DNA of 64,000 bases from Chrysomallon squamiferum (taxonomy: Eukaryota; Animalia; Mollusca), in contig CM022674.1 in NCBI GenBank assembly GCA_012295275.1, positions 13,702,001 to 13,766,000 on the forward strand. The letters are read 5' to 3'. The notes beneath the pieces were generated by a model. The model worked only from the letters and a program-made list of their open reading frames with translations, was not told where the DNA came from and searched no databases. Position numbers and translations under genes: made by a program. Positions 42,801-53,076 of the stretch are shown here, piece after piece; position 1 is the stretch's first letter; each line of letters begins with the position of its first letter.

Positions 42801-44503
42801 GACTGCTGTGTTTTCCACTTCCGACCAGCGTTCTTTGGTGGCTCTGGGTTCAGCTGGTTCACCTGCTGTACGAAGTCGGCCACTTTAAGTCCACTGGCAA
42901 AGATCGATTCTTCTTTCCTCTTGAACGAATCAGTTTTTGTAATTTTGATTTCTCTCGGAGCTTTCGCAAGCTCGTTGACTTTCTTTTTCAACTCGAGGTG
43001 ATCAGTCGACTCTGACCCTCGGCGTTCTTGAGCATTCGGAGCTACCCCTCGCTCAAAGTCGAATTTCAGTCGCTCAAACTGCTCAGAACTCATCTTGCGG
43101 GAGACAGCGGTTTTCCTTTCTATTGCGATCTGCCGAGGAGAATCTAAACTTGAAGCTTTATCGAATAAAAGGTTTTTTTGTTTAGCAGCGAGTGCTCCTG
43201 ATTTGACAGCACCTGCAGTTGAAGCAGCCCCTCCAGTCTGAACCTTCTGAGCAAAACGTTTTGTGTCTTTGCTGTTGTTTTTGAGAACAGGGACGTTTCT
43301 GCTTTCTTGTGACGTCTGTTTTCGCAGCTGAACATCGTCCTTTTTCACAAATGCAGCTTTTTCTGTTTTGTTTTCTGCTGAGGACTTCACTCTCTGTACT
43401 GGAATCTCTCTCACCTTTTCATCACTCTTGTTCTGTTGAGTAGACACAAAGTTACTTAAAATATTTCTTGCATTTTTCTTTTCCAGCCATCCAGTAGGTT
43501 CTAAAATATCTTTAGAGCTACTAATGTGAGTTGTTGTGTTTGTTTTTGCTGACCACGGTATTGGTCCATCAATTGACCGTTTCGGGCTCATGTTAACTTT
43601 ATGAGCCGAATCTGATTTAGAATCTGTCCCATTTGTTTTAGCACTGCCTTCTGTCACCAAAACCTGCCCGTAATAAGGCTGGTTTTCTGAGTTATCCTTC
43701 TTTGAAAAGAACTCTCTAGAGGAAATGGCACTTGGATTGCTATCTGAACTGGCAGCAGAATGCTCAATGGGTATTTCAACCCTACTGCTTTCAGATTTAC
43801 GACTAGATGGAAAGTATTTTGGTTTGGCATTGCAGACAAAACGAGGACTGCTGCTACCAGAACTTCTCGGACTTGATTCAGCAGAGTTCCTTGAGACACT
43901 CCTAGACGAGGATCCACAAAGAAAATCTATCTGTTCTGATGACAACTGATTTAGATTTAACCTTGGCACACGAGCATCACCTGAATCAACTGATGTCCTT
44001 GTCCTCGTGGACTTTAGTTCCACAAACGTCTGCCGTGTTTCTGAACTCTTCTGCTTGCTGTCAGCAGACGTCTGCTCATTCTTGCTGGTCCTGTATCTCG
44101 AGGTCAGACTTTCACTGGGGTCTTGTTTTCTGGCAGCATCCAAAGAGCTGCCTAGAGACCTTGAAGTTCTTTTTGATGCCTTTGGTGATGATGGTGATGA
44201 TGATGATAATGAGGATGATTTTGATGATAAGTGTACAATTTGTATTCCTTGTGTTTCACGTTTGTCATAAGGTTTCTGAATGCCTGTGTCTGTTGTTGTG
44301 GTGGTGGTTGTATTTGACTGTTTTTCAGTTTTGGACGAATCAAATTTTGCCTTCAGGTCTTTGACATTGGCAGGTTTTAGAGGTGTGTGGATGCTAGCGC
44401 GAGTTGCTGTTGATGATGTTGTAGTTGTGGTCATACGACTCTTGTTCTGGGTCACTGTGACACCAGTACTTTTAAGTTGAACTCCAAACGGATTTTTCTC
44501 CAT
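19666..44503 (-). CDS. Exn: Ephexin-family Rho guanine nucleotide exchange factor (NGEF/ARHGEF16/ARHGEF26-like; DH-PH-SH3), 20 coding exons, about 1546 aa
   Basis: All 20 exons have AG/GT ends and consistent phases (4641 nt in total). Ephexin hallmarks: EPLYQFY, LWCEMPEV, ERKIQEAMFEIITSEASYLKSL, SFLLLPMQRITRLPLL, IPLVSSSRFLVKQGEL, LFLFNDILLVAKKK, LILENH, SDRTRWIDA, DCPQ..YTAREPDELSLE..GWYEGERIRDGERGWFP, VRARNLR. Confidence 0.95.
21854..21958 (-). CDS. RhoGEF exon 19 (SH3 N-half)
   Basis: DCPQGQCVRKYTAREPDELSLEESDVVNVYKKISD; donor G|GTTGGT. Confidence 0.92.
22319..22398 (-). CDS. RhoGEF exon 18 (end of PH)
   Basis: SDRTRWIDAVNPVRSNDQHERIYEDW; donor G|GTTAGT. Confidence 0.92.
22801..22986 (-). 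CDS. RhoGEF exon 17 (PH)
   Basis: TMFMVTDYCQRNTL...LFLMVILENHEKKQVEMVLSSNS; donor CC|GTAAGT. Confidence 0.92.
23160..23340 (-). mobile_element. Degenerate Nin-domain-like tRNA-derived SINE fragment
   Basis: gctgctacataaaggactcttt...agcaaaatatattttacattcaccttcccatagacagg...ggagcaattgg resembles the reverse complement of the mollusc Nin-SINE core as I recall it; related pieces at 31417-31495, 58630-58730 and 49104-49200. Confidence 0.5.
23605..23777 (-). CDS. RhoGEF exon 16 (start of PH)
   Basis: EIPLVSSSRFLVKQGELTRI...IWLFLFNDILLVAKKK; donor GG|GTGAGT. Confidence 0.93.
24244..24333 (-). CDS. RhoGEF exon 15 (end of DH)
   Basis: VVKRCNDGAKKMQQTEQMCLLVNHFDFKVK; donor |GTCAGT. Confidence 0.92.
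24345..24888. repeat. About 27-35 bp AT-rich minisatellite (ATTCACAACCTAATAAAATATTT core)
   Basis: Directly visible tandem units. Confidence 0.9.
25227..25733. repeat. 31-bp minisatellite (TTACTTTCACTTTGGACTACTTTCAGTTTCG), about 16 units
   Basis: ACTTTCAGTTTC recurs every 31 bp; ends about 10 bp from the exon 14 donor. Confidence 0.95.
25743..25944 (-). CDS. RhoGEF exon 14 (DH)
   Basis: KRTEYVEAVRRLEQNPQCQSLPMSSFLLLPMQRITRLPLLVDSV...ALQCLNR; donor |GTGAGC. Confidence 0.94.
25960..27155. repeat. Variable 20-30 bp minisatellite (CATGTAAAATACAGAATTTAGATCT core)
   Basis: Directly visible; fills almost the whole intron. Confidence 0.9.
27236..27388 (-). CDS. RhoGEF exon 13 (DH)
   Basis: FLYDLEVRWQESCLMTNICDIVYKHSEENFDPYVRYTSNQVFQERTLELL; donor AA|GTAAGA. 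Confidence 0.93.
28132..28310 (-). CDS. RhoGEF exon 12 (start of DH)
   Basis: AMFEIITSEASYLKSLNILITVF...RQVLFSNIGAIRDASE; donor AG|GTGAGA. Confidence 0.94.
29018..29074 (-). CDS. RhoGEF exon 11
   Basis: VKSSGTLDKIDEQERKIQE; donor |GTCAGA. Confidence 0.9.
29604..29782 (-). CDS. RhoGEF exon 10
   Basis: EGAGIYEDVQH...HRALWCEMPE; donor |GTAGAG. Confidence 0.9.
32059..32200 (-). CDS. RhoGEF exon 9 (Ephexin inhibitory-helix motif)
   Basis: DDDQVYGQLGQNFTTKFESEPLYQFYNKDYIRTSRKMQLDKTGTADS; donor G|GTAAGT. Confidence 0.9.
32820..32961 (-). CDS. RhoGEF exon 8
   Basis: KTTSQDDRSTTTSSSTTTSSSYIYQDAESWCSYPLAPSEDSGLYLEL; phases 2 to 0. Confidence 0.85.
33090..33600. repeat. Degenerate AT-rich tandem repeat, about 55-60 bp (GAATTAATGTATATTAAAAAT core)
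   Basis: Core recurs throughout the intron. Confidence 0.75.
33626..33677 (-). CDS. RhoGEF exon 7
   Basis: EPYMDYDPASAGTLAKK; phases 1 to 2; donor |GTATG. Confidence 0.82.
34274..34359 (-). CDS. RhoGEF exon 6
   Basis: RASILKKGSYLYGQEMKTDDTTDGAEDK; phases 2 to 1. Confidence 0.83.
34370..34775. repeat. About 100-bp AT-rich tandem repeat, 4 copies
   Basis: TATTTCTATTAAAT...AAAAATTACATAGTTACAA recurs four times. Confidence 0.85.
35762..36014 (-). CDS. RhoGEF exon 5 (proline-rich, two PPLPPR motifs)
   Basis: NDATNTKPPSGESSTSPPPLPPPMPKT...TPPLPPRS...SPPLPPRN...NNDP; donor AA|GTAAGT. Confidence 0.87.
36566..36947 (-). CDS. RhoGEF exon 4
   Basis: NHSEGDEDWETDSNSTTYEPVEDENLYEEAGF...RRKQKDT; donor A|GTACGT. 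Confidence 0.87.
37665..37785 (-). CDS. RhoGEF exon 3
   Basis: KQKGVKKPSFKVRNKSDNLTHSKRLSQRSLSTSDLQENPE; phases 2 to 0. Confidence 0.85.
37790..38500. repeat. (AAT/GAT)n array with a higher-order unit of about 200 bp triplicated
   Basis: AACAACAACAGTAGTAATAATGATGATAATGATTAAT block occurs three times. Confidence 0.85.
39615..39770. repeat. 48-bp tandem repeat, 3 copies
   Basis: GACAGTTTTTGTTTTAAAGTAACAATGTATATTAAATGTT at 39632, 39680 and 39728. Confidence 0.9.
41315..41573. repeat. Inverted repeat arm 1 (partner at 49268-49526)
   Basis: Ungapped reverse-complement match over 259 bp with about 18 mismatches (hand count). Confidence 0.93.
42182..42233 (-). CDS. RhoGEF exon 2
   Basis: ETEEFDNNLDNPASISR; acceptor TTTTCAG|, donor AG|GTATGG; phases 1 to 2. 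Confidence 0.8.
42667..44503 (-). CDS. RhoGEF first coding exon (612 aa, Ser/Thr/Lys-rich, probably disordered); exon starts at 44561
   Basis: 625-aa ORF; ACCATGG Kozak context; in-frame upstream stops; acceptor TTTCAG| at 44561/44562; donor G|GTGAGT at 42667. Confidence 0.88.
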
Positions 44504-45408
44504 GGTAACGACCTCTTCAGTTAATTCAACTTAATTGATTTCATCATCAAAGCAATTTTACCTGAAACATTAAAAACAATGGTACATTTTTTTTTCTTTT
44601 AAAATGCAGTATTTTAAAAACATTTTGCTATAATTTAACTTTTATGGCAAAATTCTTACCATTGTTTTAAAGATAGAGAAATTTTTCAGAATGTTTCACA
44701 ATAAATTGAATAATTTTCCAAATAACTGACCAATGTAAAAAATGTAAAAAAAAAAAAAAAAAAAAAACACAATTTCATATATTTTGTGCAAATTAGAATG
44801 TTTTTAATAATGTTTTTATGTCAAAGAAATTTTAAAAGATTCCAAAAATATAAATGTTTTCAATTAAGTCAAAACAAATTTTTTTAATAAGTTTTACCAT
44901 TCTTAAATAAATTGTTCTTTTTCTACTGTTTTATGTAATTTAAAATTTTCAAATGTTTGTAAATAATTTCACCAACATTTAAATTTTCTATCAATGCATT
45001 CATTACATACATGAAATTCTTTCTGTATTATCATTCAGTAAAGTTTGTTACCTATGTAACAAGATAACAGAATACCAAACTATGAGATGAAAAACTAACA
45101 ATATCTCCATATAATGTTAATTTATCTATTTCTTTCTTTAAATTATGAACACAAACCCATAAACAGACACACCCACAAATATACTCTCAAACACACACAC
45201 ACACACACACACATATTTAAAATCATTTACAATTCAGGTACTTAAATAAAATATCATCTCTCTCTCAAATATGCTGAATGTGATTTAACTATGTATGCAC
45301 ATATATGTGTATATAGACACAGACTACATACACTACAATCACACACAAATTCATATATACATATACACACAAGCACATATAGAAATAAATACACACACAC
45401 ACACAGAA

Positions 45409-45460
<52 letters not shown>

Positions 45461-46213
45461 ACATTCAGACACATACATAACAATAAACAAGAACTAAACA
45501 TTTTTTTTAAATTACCCCTAACAATTACAACAAACTGAATACACCTGAATTTAAAACTGTGGTCACAATATTTATTTTTACCCAAAACTATTAAACAGTT
45601 TGAGTCTGACACGCACACAGAAATTAGCTGCTTTCACTGCATTAATTAACAATACATTTATGTACAGGCATGACTGTAAGAAAGCTACACTTACAAATAT
45701 ATCTCTTCATTTTAACTTAAATCAGGACACACTGTGTATCTAACTGTGTGACATTTAGTCAACTGTCAGATTTTATTTGGCATTCCATACCTATTACTGT
45801 CATGTCTATAACACGACATAGATGTCAAGTAGGGGATATATATGCTATAACTGTATCTTATATATATATGTATATATATATATGTAATGTCACTGATAAA
45901 TTTAATGTTATTTTCAGGTCTGTGGGTGTGTATTACCTAGTTCACTGAAATGATATTATAATATAATCAATCTTTAACAGTGCACAGTTGTATGTAGATG
46001 TGATATACAGTCTTATGTAGAAATATTTCTTTTCTTTTTCTTTTCTTTTAAAATTAAAAATGATAAACTTAAAGGTGGAATCTTTTAAATGAGATACCAA
46101 TATTTACAATCCGTATTGGATGTACTTGTCGTATTTATTTTTAATAATTTTAAATCATATGTAATTTTAATTTTTTGTTATTTAGCTGATACACATTTTA
46201 TCATTTTCTTTTA

Positions 46214-46267
<54 letters not shown>

Positions 46268-47655
46268 GAAAACATATATAAACTTGCATTTATCACATTT
46301 CAGCTATTTATTAATAAATAATATAACAAGTTCATTTCATTTCCATCACTTACTAATAAAACAAAATTATATTTAATTCAATAAATCTTAAGTTACTGAT
46401 GTTGCAGCCAAGACAGGAAAACATTAATACAGTTCCCCAGTCAAGGGAGATAAGTGGCAGTATTTTTCAAAACAAATAAATGGATCATTGATATATATAT
46501 TAAATGGACAGCCAAGCAAAGAAATGCAATTTGCTGAAAAATGGGAAAAACGTTAAAATACAAATTACTTTATTATCTGTCTACAGTGGATGGATCCTGG
46601 ATGATTTTTACAGTGAATGACTGATCAAGTTTTTTGCTTTGGTAAGAAAATCACACTGGCGACCAATTCCAATAACAAAATTTCAAAACTTCTTTTGTAA
46701 AGGTCTAGAGAAAAGAAATGAAGAAACGTTTTCTTACTTTTCTTTTTATCTTTCTGTCTCTTTTCTTTTTGTTGTTGTTGTTGTTGTTGTTGTTGTAACT
46801 ATTGCTGTTTTGTTCTTTAACATGTACTCCACAAATGATTAATCTATTACAGTGCACATTTTTATGTGACCCTGTATCAACTGAGAGGAAGCATGATGCT
46901 GGGCACGTGCCTCAGGGAAGGAAAAGGCAACTGCCATGCAAAATTTGAGTAACTCTGGGGAAAATGAACTTAGGAGTCTCCATGTGCCCAAGAAGAAGAA
47001 ATGATGTCATCATGAGACAGACTATAATTCTTTCTCTTAACAGCAGTGGTTTTTATAATAATACATACATACACACTACCTTTGATAAACCATTCTTAGA
47101 GCAAAAGCAAAATTTGTGAAATTCCTTATTCCTAAATACATACACAATTAGCCAGTTAATAAATCAAAGCCTACAGCTAGGTTTATTTTAAGAATTTCAA
47201 ACAAACAGACAAGCTTCCACAGAACATATCTACAGATGGTCTGAGTCATACTTGGCAAGCAAAATGGATGATTTATATCATGTAAATTGGATAAATTAAA
47301 GACCAACTAGCCTGTGAGAATAAGCAATTAGCAAAATGGGATTTTTTTTATATATATACCTTCTCGTATTACAAAGAAAAACACAAGACAGATATAAACA
47401 CATAAAATACCCACCTAGACGCAAACACATAACCTACTAATACACATACACACACACGGACACATACACACAGACACCTACACACAAGCACAAAGACAAA
47501 CACATAACCTAATACACGTACACAAACCAAACACACAAACATACATCTACAAACACTACAATCACACACAAATACATATACACATATACACACAAGCACA
47601 TATAGATATATAGATATACACATGCATACAAACACACATACATAAAGAGTAACGT

Positions 47656-48046
47656 ACTAAGACAGACATTTTATAATTTTTAATACAAGACTACAAACAC
47701 ACATATACACATAGACACAGAGTAGCATACTAAGACAAGGAAACAATATGACAGACATTTTATAATTGTTAATACAAGACTACAAACACATATATACACA
47801 TAGACACAGAGTAGCATACTAAGACAAGGAAACAATATGACAGACATTTTATAATTGTTAATATAAGACTACAAACACACATATACACACAGACACAGAG
47901 TAGCATACTAAGACAAGGAAACAATATGACAGACATTTTATAATTGTTAATGTAAGACTACAAACACATATATACACTAACACAGAGAGTAGCATACTAG
48001 ACAAGGAAACAATATGACAGACATTTTATAATTGTTAATATAAGAC
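47656..48046. repeat. 89-bp tandem repeat, about 4 copies
   Basis: TAAGACAAGGAAACAATATGACAGACATTTTATAATTG at 47731, 47820, 47909 and about 47998. Confidence 0.92.
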
Positions 48047-48366
48047 CACAGCCTCCTGTGGGAAGTCAGGCGTATCTGTGACAAGTGAAGCATGACATTT
48101 CCTAGATAAAAGTGATGAAGACAGGGTGACTCACTTGAGAAAAGTTGCACGATGACAGGTTTTATGATTTTCTCTTTGTTTGCTTTGTACAATCTGCCCA
48201 GACATTTTACATACAGTTTATTAACAGACAGTCATTTAAAATAATTTATAATTCACATGCTTTGATAAAACATCATCGCTCTCTCAAATATCCTGAATGT
48301 GATTTAACTATGTGTATCTATGTATATAGGTATGTATGTATGTGAAAGTATATAGTGTGTGTGTGT

Positions 48367-48411
<45 letters not shown>

Positions 48412-49103
48412 CTGTGTGTTAGTATATGTATTGCATGGAAATGTGTGTGAGTGCAGGAGGTATATTTGTAAATATATATGTATGAATGATAATATATATA
48501 TATATATATATATATCTGTATTATGTGTATGTTATGTTGTGTGTATATGTTTGTGTGTGTATATATGCGAAAGGTGTTCTGGGATTCACATACATATATA
48601 GACACATACACTTGTGCTCATAAATACACATATAAGACACATGCACAAAATAAATAAATGTATATGTAAGACTGCAACTCTTTCATTTCTCTAAAGAAAA
48701 AAGATCACAAATCTAAATCATGTCTGTTCAATTCGTACAGTAACTACACAAACACAAGTGCAATCAAAACTGAGTGAAGTGGAAAACTTAAATCAATTGA
48801 GATTGCTACTTTAAACAGGTCAGTATATAAACTGCTGTAACCAAGGCAACACAATTAAAAGGAGGTGAACAAGAGTTATGTGTGAATGGACTGACACACT
48901 TTTTTTTACCACTAACCTAATAACAAACTAACCTAAAATAAACTTCCATATTGTCTTAGAACCTTAAAGTTGAAATGTAATTGGAGTAAATAAAATTAAA
49001 ATTATGTAACATGGGTTCGACAGTAGTTCAGGGGTTAGAGTTATCACTTAAGTTAAGAGGTAATATGCTGTAAGTGTATGATCAGCACTTTTCAGAGTAA
49101 ATG

Positions 49104-49200
49104 CTGGCCTATTTCCCATTCCAACCAGGGCCTAATGATTGGTTTAACAAAAACACGTTTTCCTGCCCATGGGAAGATGTTCATAAAAGTAGTCTTGGGG
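49104..49200 (+). mobile_element. Degenerate Nin-domain-like SINE fragment
   Basis: ggcctatttcccattccaaccagggcctaatgattggtttaacaaaa...cctgcccatgggaagatgttcataaaag resembles the recalled mollusc SINE core GGCTATTTCTCGTTCCAGCCAGTGC...CCTGTCTGTGGGATGGTGCATATAAAAG. Confidence 0.5.
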
Positions 49201-49265
<65 letters not shown>

Positions 49266-49267
49266 AC

Positions 49268-49526
49268 ATCTAGGTAATTTAAAGTAAAACATAGTATGTA
49301 CAAAATACTTGTTCCCTGAAATCACATAGGAAAACAAACATTGTTGAATATTACATGTATACATGCAGGATGGTCCTAAATGTGAAATGCTTCATGTACA
49401 TTACGTTGCAAAATACTATTGTTTGATGTGAGATTAGTGAAATCTCTATAATCTGGTATCAGATTTTGTAAGTCAGGTCTCTGGTATTGTAAAAATACTA
49501 TAGCCTAGTATCAAATTTAGTAAACA
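49268..49526. repeat. Inverted repeat arm 2 (partner at 41315-41573)
   Basis: Reverse complement of arm 1; adjacent (TG)n can pair with the (CA)n next to arm 1. Confidence 0.93.
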
Positions 49527-50002
49527 TATTAGTTTGTAGTAAAAGATGTATTGTTGATTAGAAGTATTTTTTCTTTTAGTTCTTCTTTTTTGTTATGTAT
49601 ATGTGTCTGAATGTGTGTGTGTGTGTGTGTGTTATATGTATAAATGTAGGTATGTGTGAGAGTGTTTGTGTGTCTATGTATTATGTTTTTGTATGTGTAT
49701 ATAGGTGTCAAATAATATTTTTGTATTTGTTGTACATATGTGTCAAATAAATTTTTTGCATTTGTTGTACATATGTGCCAATGTATACATGTATGTATAT
49801 ATGTATGTGTATATGTTCTGTATAATACTAACTCAAACTTAAATGTATATGTCAATATCTGTAACCTTGACTAAGCTCACTATACATAGCTGTATCAATC
49901 TTCAATATTACAATAATTATTAGGTTATTATTTTAACTATCTATCATTCAACAACTATAAATTAATGGTAACATATACATTAACTGTATCAAGCTATGAT
50001 TG

Positions 50003-50005
<3 letters not shown>

Positions 50006-50088
<83 letters not shown>
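50006..50088. repeat. (AG)n microsatellite
   Basis: Directly visible. Confidence 0.95.
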
Positions 50089-50090
<2 letters not shown>

Positions 50091-52526
50091 GTAGACCTAC
50101 AACTAGATTCACTGGGGTAACTATATATAACTCTGGATCAATCTCGGATGTCTTAATACCAAATGTAACTTATCAACATAATCAGTCTGCCTGAAGTCTA
50201 AATGTCACTTCTAAATCCGTGGTCACCATGACCCGATTTTGTGGATGTCACTGTGGCGTAATTAGCTCCCCTTGTGTTACAAAAAGAAGCCAGCAAGTCA
50301 GGGAAAATATTGATTACTCGTGGGTTAATGAGTCAGCAACATGTGAACCAGCAGGTTGTGTGCACCACACTTGCCTCCAGTACTTAGACTGAGTCAATAC
50401 TTAGAGGACAATTTTTAATCTTCGACTCACGGTTCATTGTGGTTAGCGATGGTGGTCTACATGGCCAATATCTTTTCAGTTTCAACTATGCCAATATCTT
50501 TTCAGTTTCAACTATGATATTATTATTATTAACTTTATTATTAATTTTTTTTTTTTTTTTTTTATTTTTAGAGTTACTGTTTATTGTGGTTAGTCTGTAC
50601 AGTCAGTATGTTCCTTATGGATTTTAAATTTTTAAACTTTGAAAATTATGGTTAATGATTTTATATAGAACCAATGTATATATTCATTCTTAAATTTTAT
50701 ATTTTTTACATTTTATAATTATGGCATACTGTGGTTCATTCTTAAATCTAATTTGCTTTTTTGTTATTATTTTTAGTATTATTGGTTTTTGTGGTTAAAT
50801 TGTGGGAGTCTATAGCGCCAATGTCTATTCAATGTCTCTTTTCTGTTATAGTTTTTTTTAAATAAAAATGATTTGTAATTTTTGTATTAGTGATGGAAGT
50901 CAATAAAGCCAATATCTGTTTATTCTCAAATTTTTTTTTTTTTTTTTTTTTTTAACTTTAGAATCATGGTTTAATGTGGTTAATAATGATAATCAATATC
51001 TGTGCATTTCAAATTTGAGTCAATGTTTGTTTGGGCTTGTTCAAATATTACAAACTCATATCTGAGTTAACAATATTCAGTGACATCAATTAAAAAACAC
51101 TGCAAATGATATTTCTGCAAAATGTCTGTTCTTGACAGCTAAGGCCCTTTAAATGAGATTTAGTTACTATAAAAATGTTGTGCCTGTTTTCTCAAAGTCT
51201 ATGAGGCCCAGTTCTACATCAGTGTAAAAATCATTACAGTAAGCCTGTACCTCACACATAAATGTTCTTTTAACTATGACAACAGTTTTGAGAAATGTTT
51301 TATCTTAAGTCTGCAGCTAATGTGGGAGCAAGGCGGAAAAATCTAAAATCTCAAACATGAGACGATAATTAACTGAAATTTTTTATTTAGCAATTTACAG
51401 AAATCTTTAAAATCTGACCTTATTGTGGTAGCAGTTCTAAACATTCTTGAATGTCAAACATGAGACAATAGTTAACTGAAATTTTCTATTTTAGTTTACA
51501 GAAATTTTAAAGTCTAAAAACAATCTTAAATCTTAAACAGTAGATAACAATTAATAGACATTTGCTCATTTATAATTTTGGTAATATATATTTAAAAAAA
51601 AAATAAAGAGTTATTTAAAGTTTTTTAAAAACGGATATAATAACAACTATAAACTTACTTTTTTTTTAAAGGAAATTTCATCATGATCCAATTTGTATAA
51701 AACGAAAACAGGAAAAATAAACATAAAACAGGCCGTATTGAGTTTGTATCATAACACCCTGCGGGCTTATGCACAAAACGTCAGTTCTGACGTTTATCTA
51801 CAGATAGTTTTTGCAGGTAACTGATAAAATTTACAAAGAAAAAATGAAAATAATTTTCTTCCTAGTTAGTAATGACCACAATCCTCAAAGGTGGGGCTTG
51901 ATATGATATTTATCACATTCTTTTAACCATATGCAGTATATTTTTCCTATGAATTTTTTGTACTTTAAGTTTAACATGATAATTATTCAGAAACATAACA
52001 CTTTAGGCTTATTTATTTAGTATTAATTAGTGTACATATATTTTATATATTATAACATTCACTTGGTTTCTAAAGTATCTTAATATTTAAATAGCAAAAT
52101 AAATACTTCACTATGAATTACACAGAAATATAAAACTCTCTGTATAATTATTAACTATGAATTAGTGTATATTTAATATTTAATGAATTAGTGTATATCA
52201 TAACATTCAAATTGCCTGTAGAATTATGTTGAATATTTAAATAATGAAACAGGTAATCTACTAAATTACACAAGATATAACACTTTTTACATAGTAATCA
52301 CATTTTTGTAATATAAGTTGTAATATTTAAAACTAAGTAACAAAAATAGGTAAAAAGATGGGGTAAGATATTTTATGTGGTATAATATAATTTACTATGA
52401 ATTTATATATATATATATATATAAATATATAAAAGCTGCTCTAGATTAATACTAATCTGTGTGCACTTGTGTATCTGTTTCTGTCTCTTTCTCTAATAAA
52501 TGAATGAATTCTATCTATCTATCCAT

Positions 52527-52598
<72 letters not shown>

Positions 52599-53045
52599 GT
52601 AATATATACAGATCTAATAACTATACAGTTTAAATATAATATTAAATTATAGAGGATATACATTAATGTGTAAAATCTGATACCAAACTATGCAACATTA
52701 ATTATTAGTAATATTTAAATTATGTAATTAATACTGCACTCTACATTTTTATGCTTTATTTACAATATTACACATTAACATTAACACAGACAACTCTTTA
52801 ATTGGATATTTCACACCTGTCTTTTGACTAAATGATATATCATTAAAACACACCTGTGTAATCCATTACATCATCTGGTTTTATGAGGTATTTAACATCA
52901 CCTGATCTGGTAACGGAAGATGATGCAGAAGACGATAATTTCATTAAGTCTAACTTAATGTTTAATTTATGTGTTTTCTGCTGTGTGTGTGTGTGTGTGT
53001 TTGTGTGTCAAAGAATGTTTTAATTTAGGTGCTGTGTGTGTGTGT

Positions 53046-53076
<31 letters not shown>

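Noticed and set aside
43144-44480. Alternative-frame and antisense ORFs inside the large RhoGEF exon
   Set aside because: Shadow ORFs of a real coding exon with no recognisable motifs or splice support.
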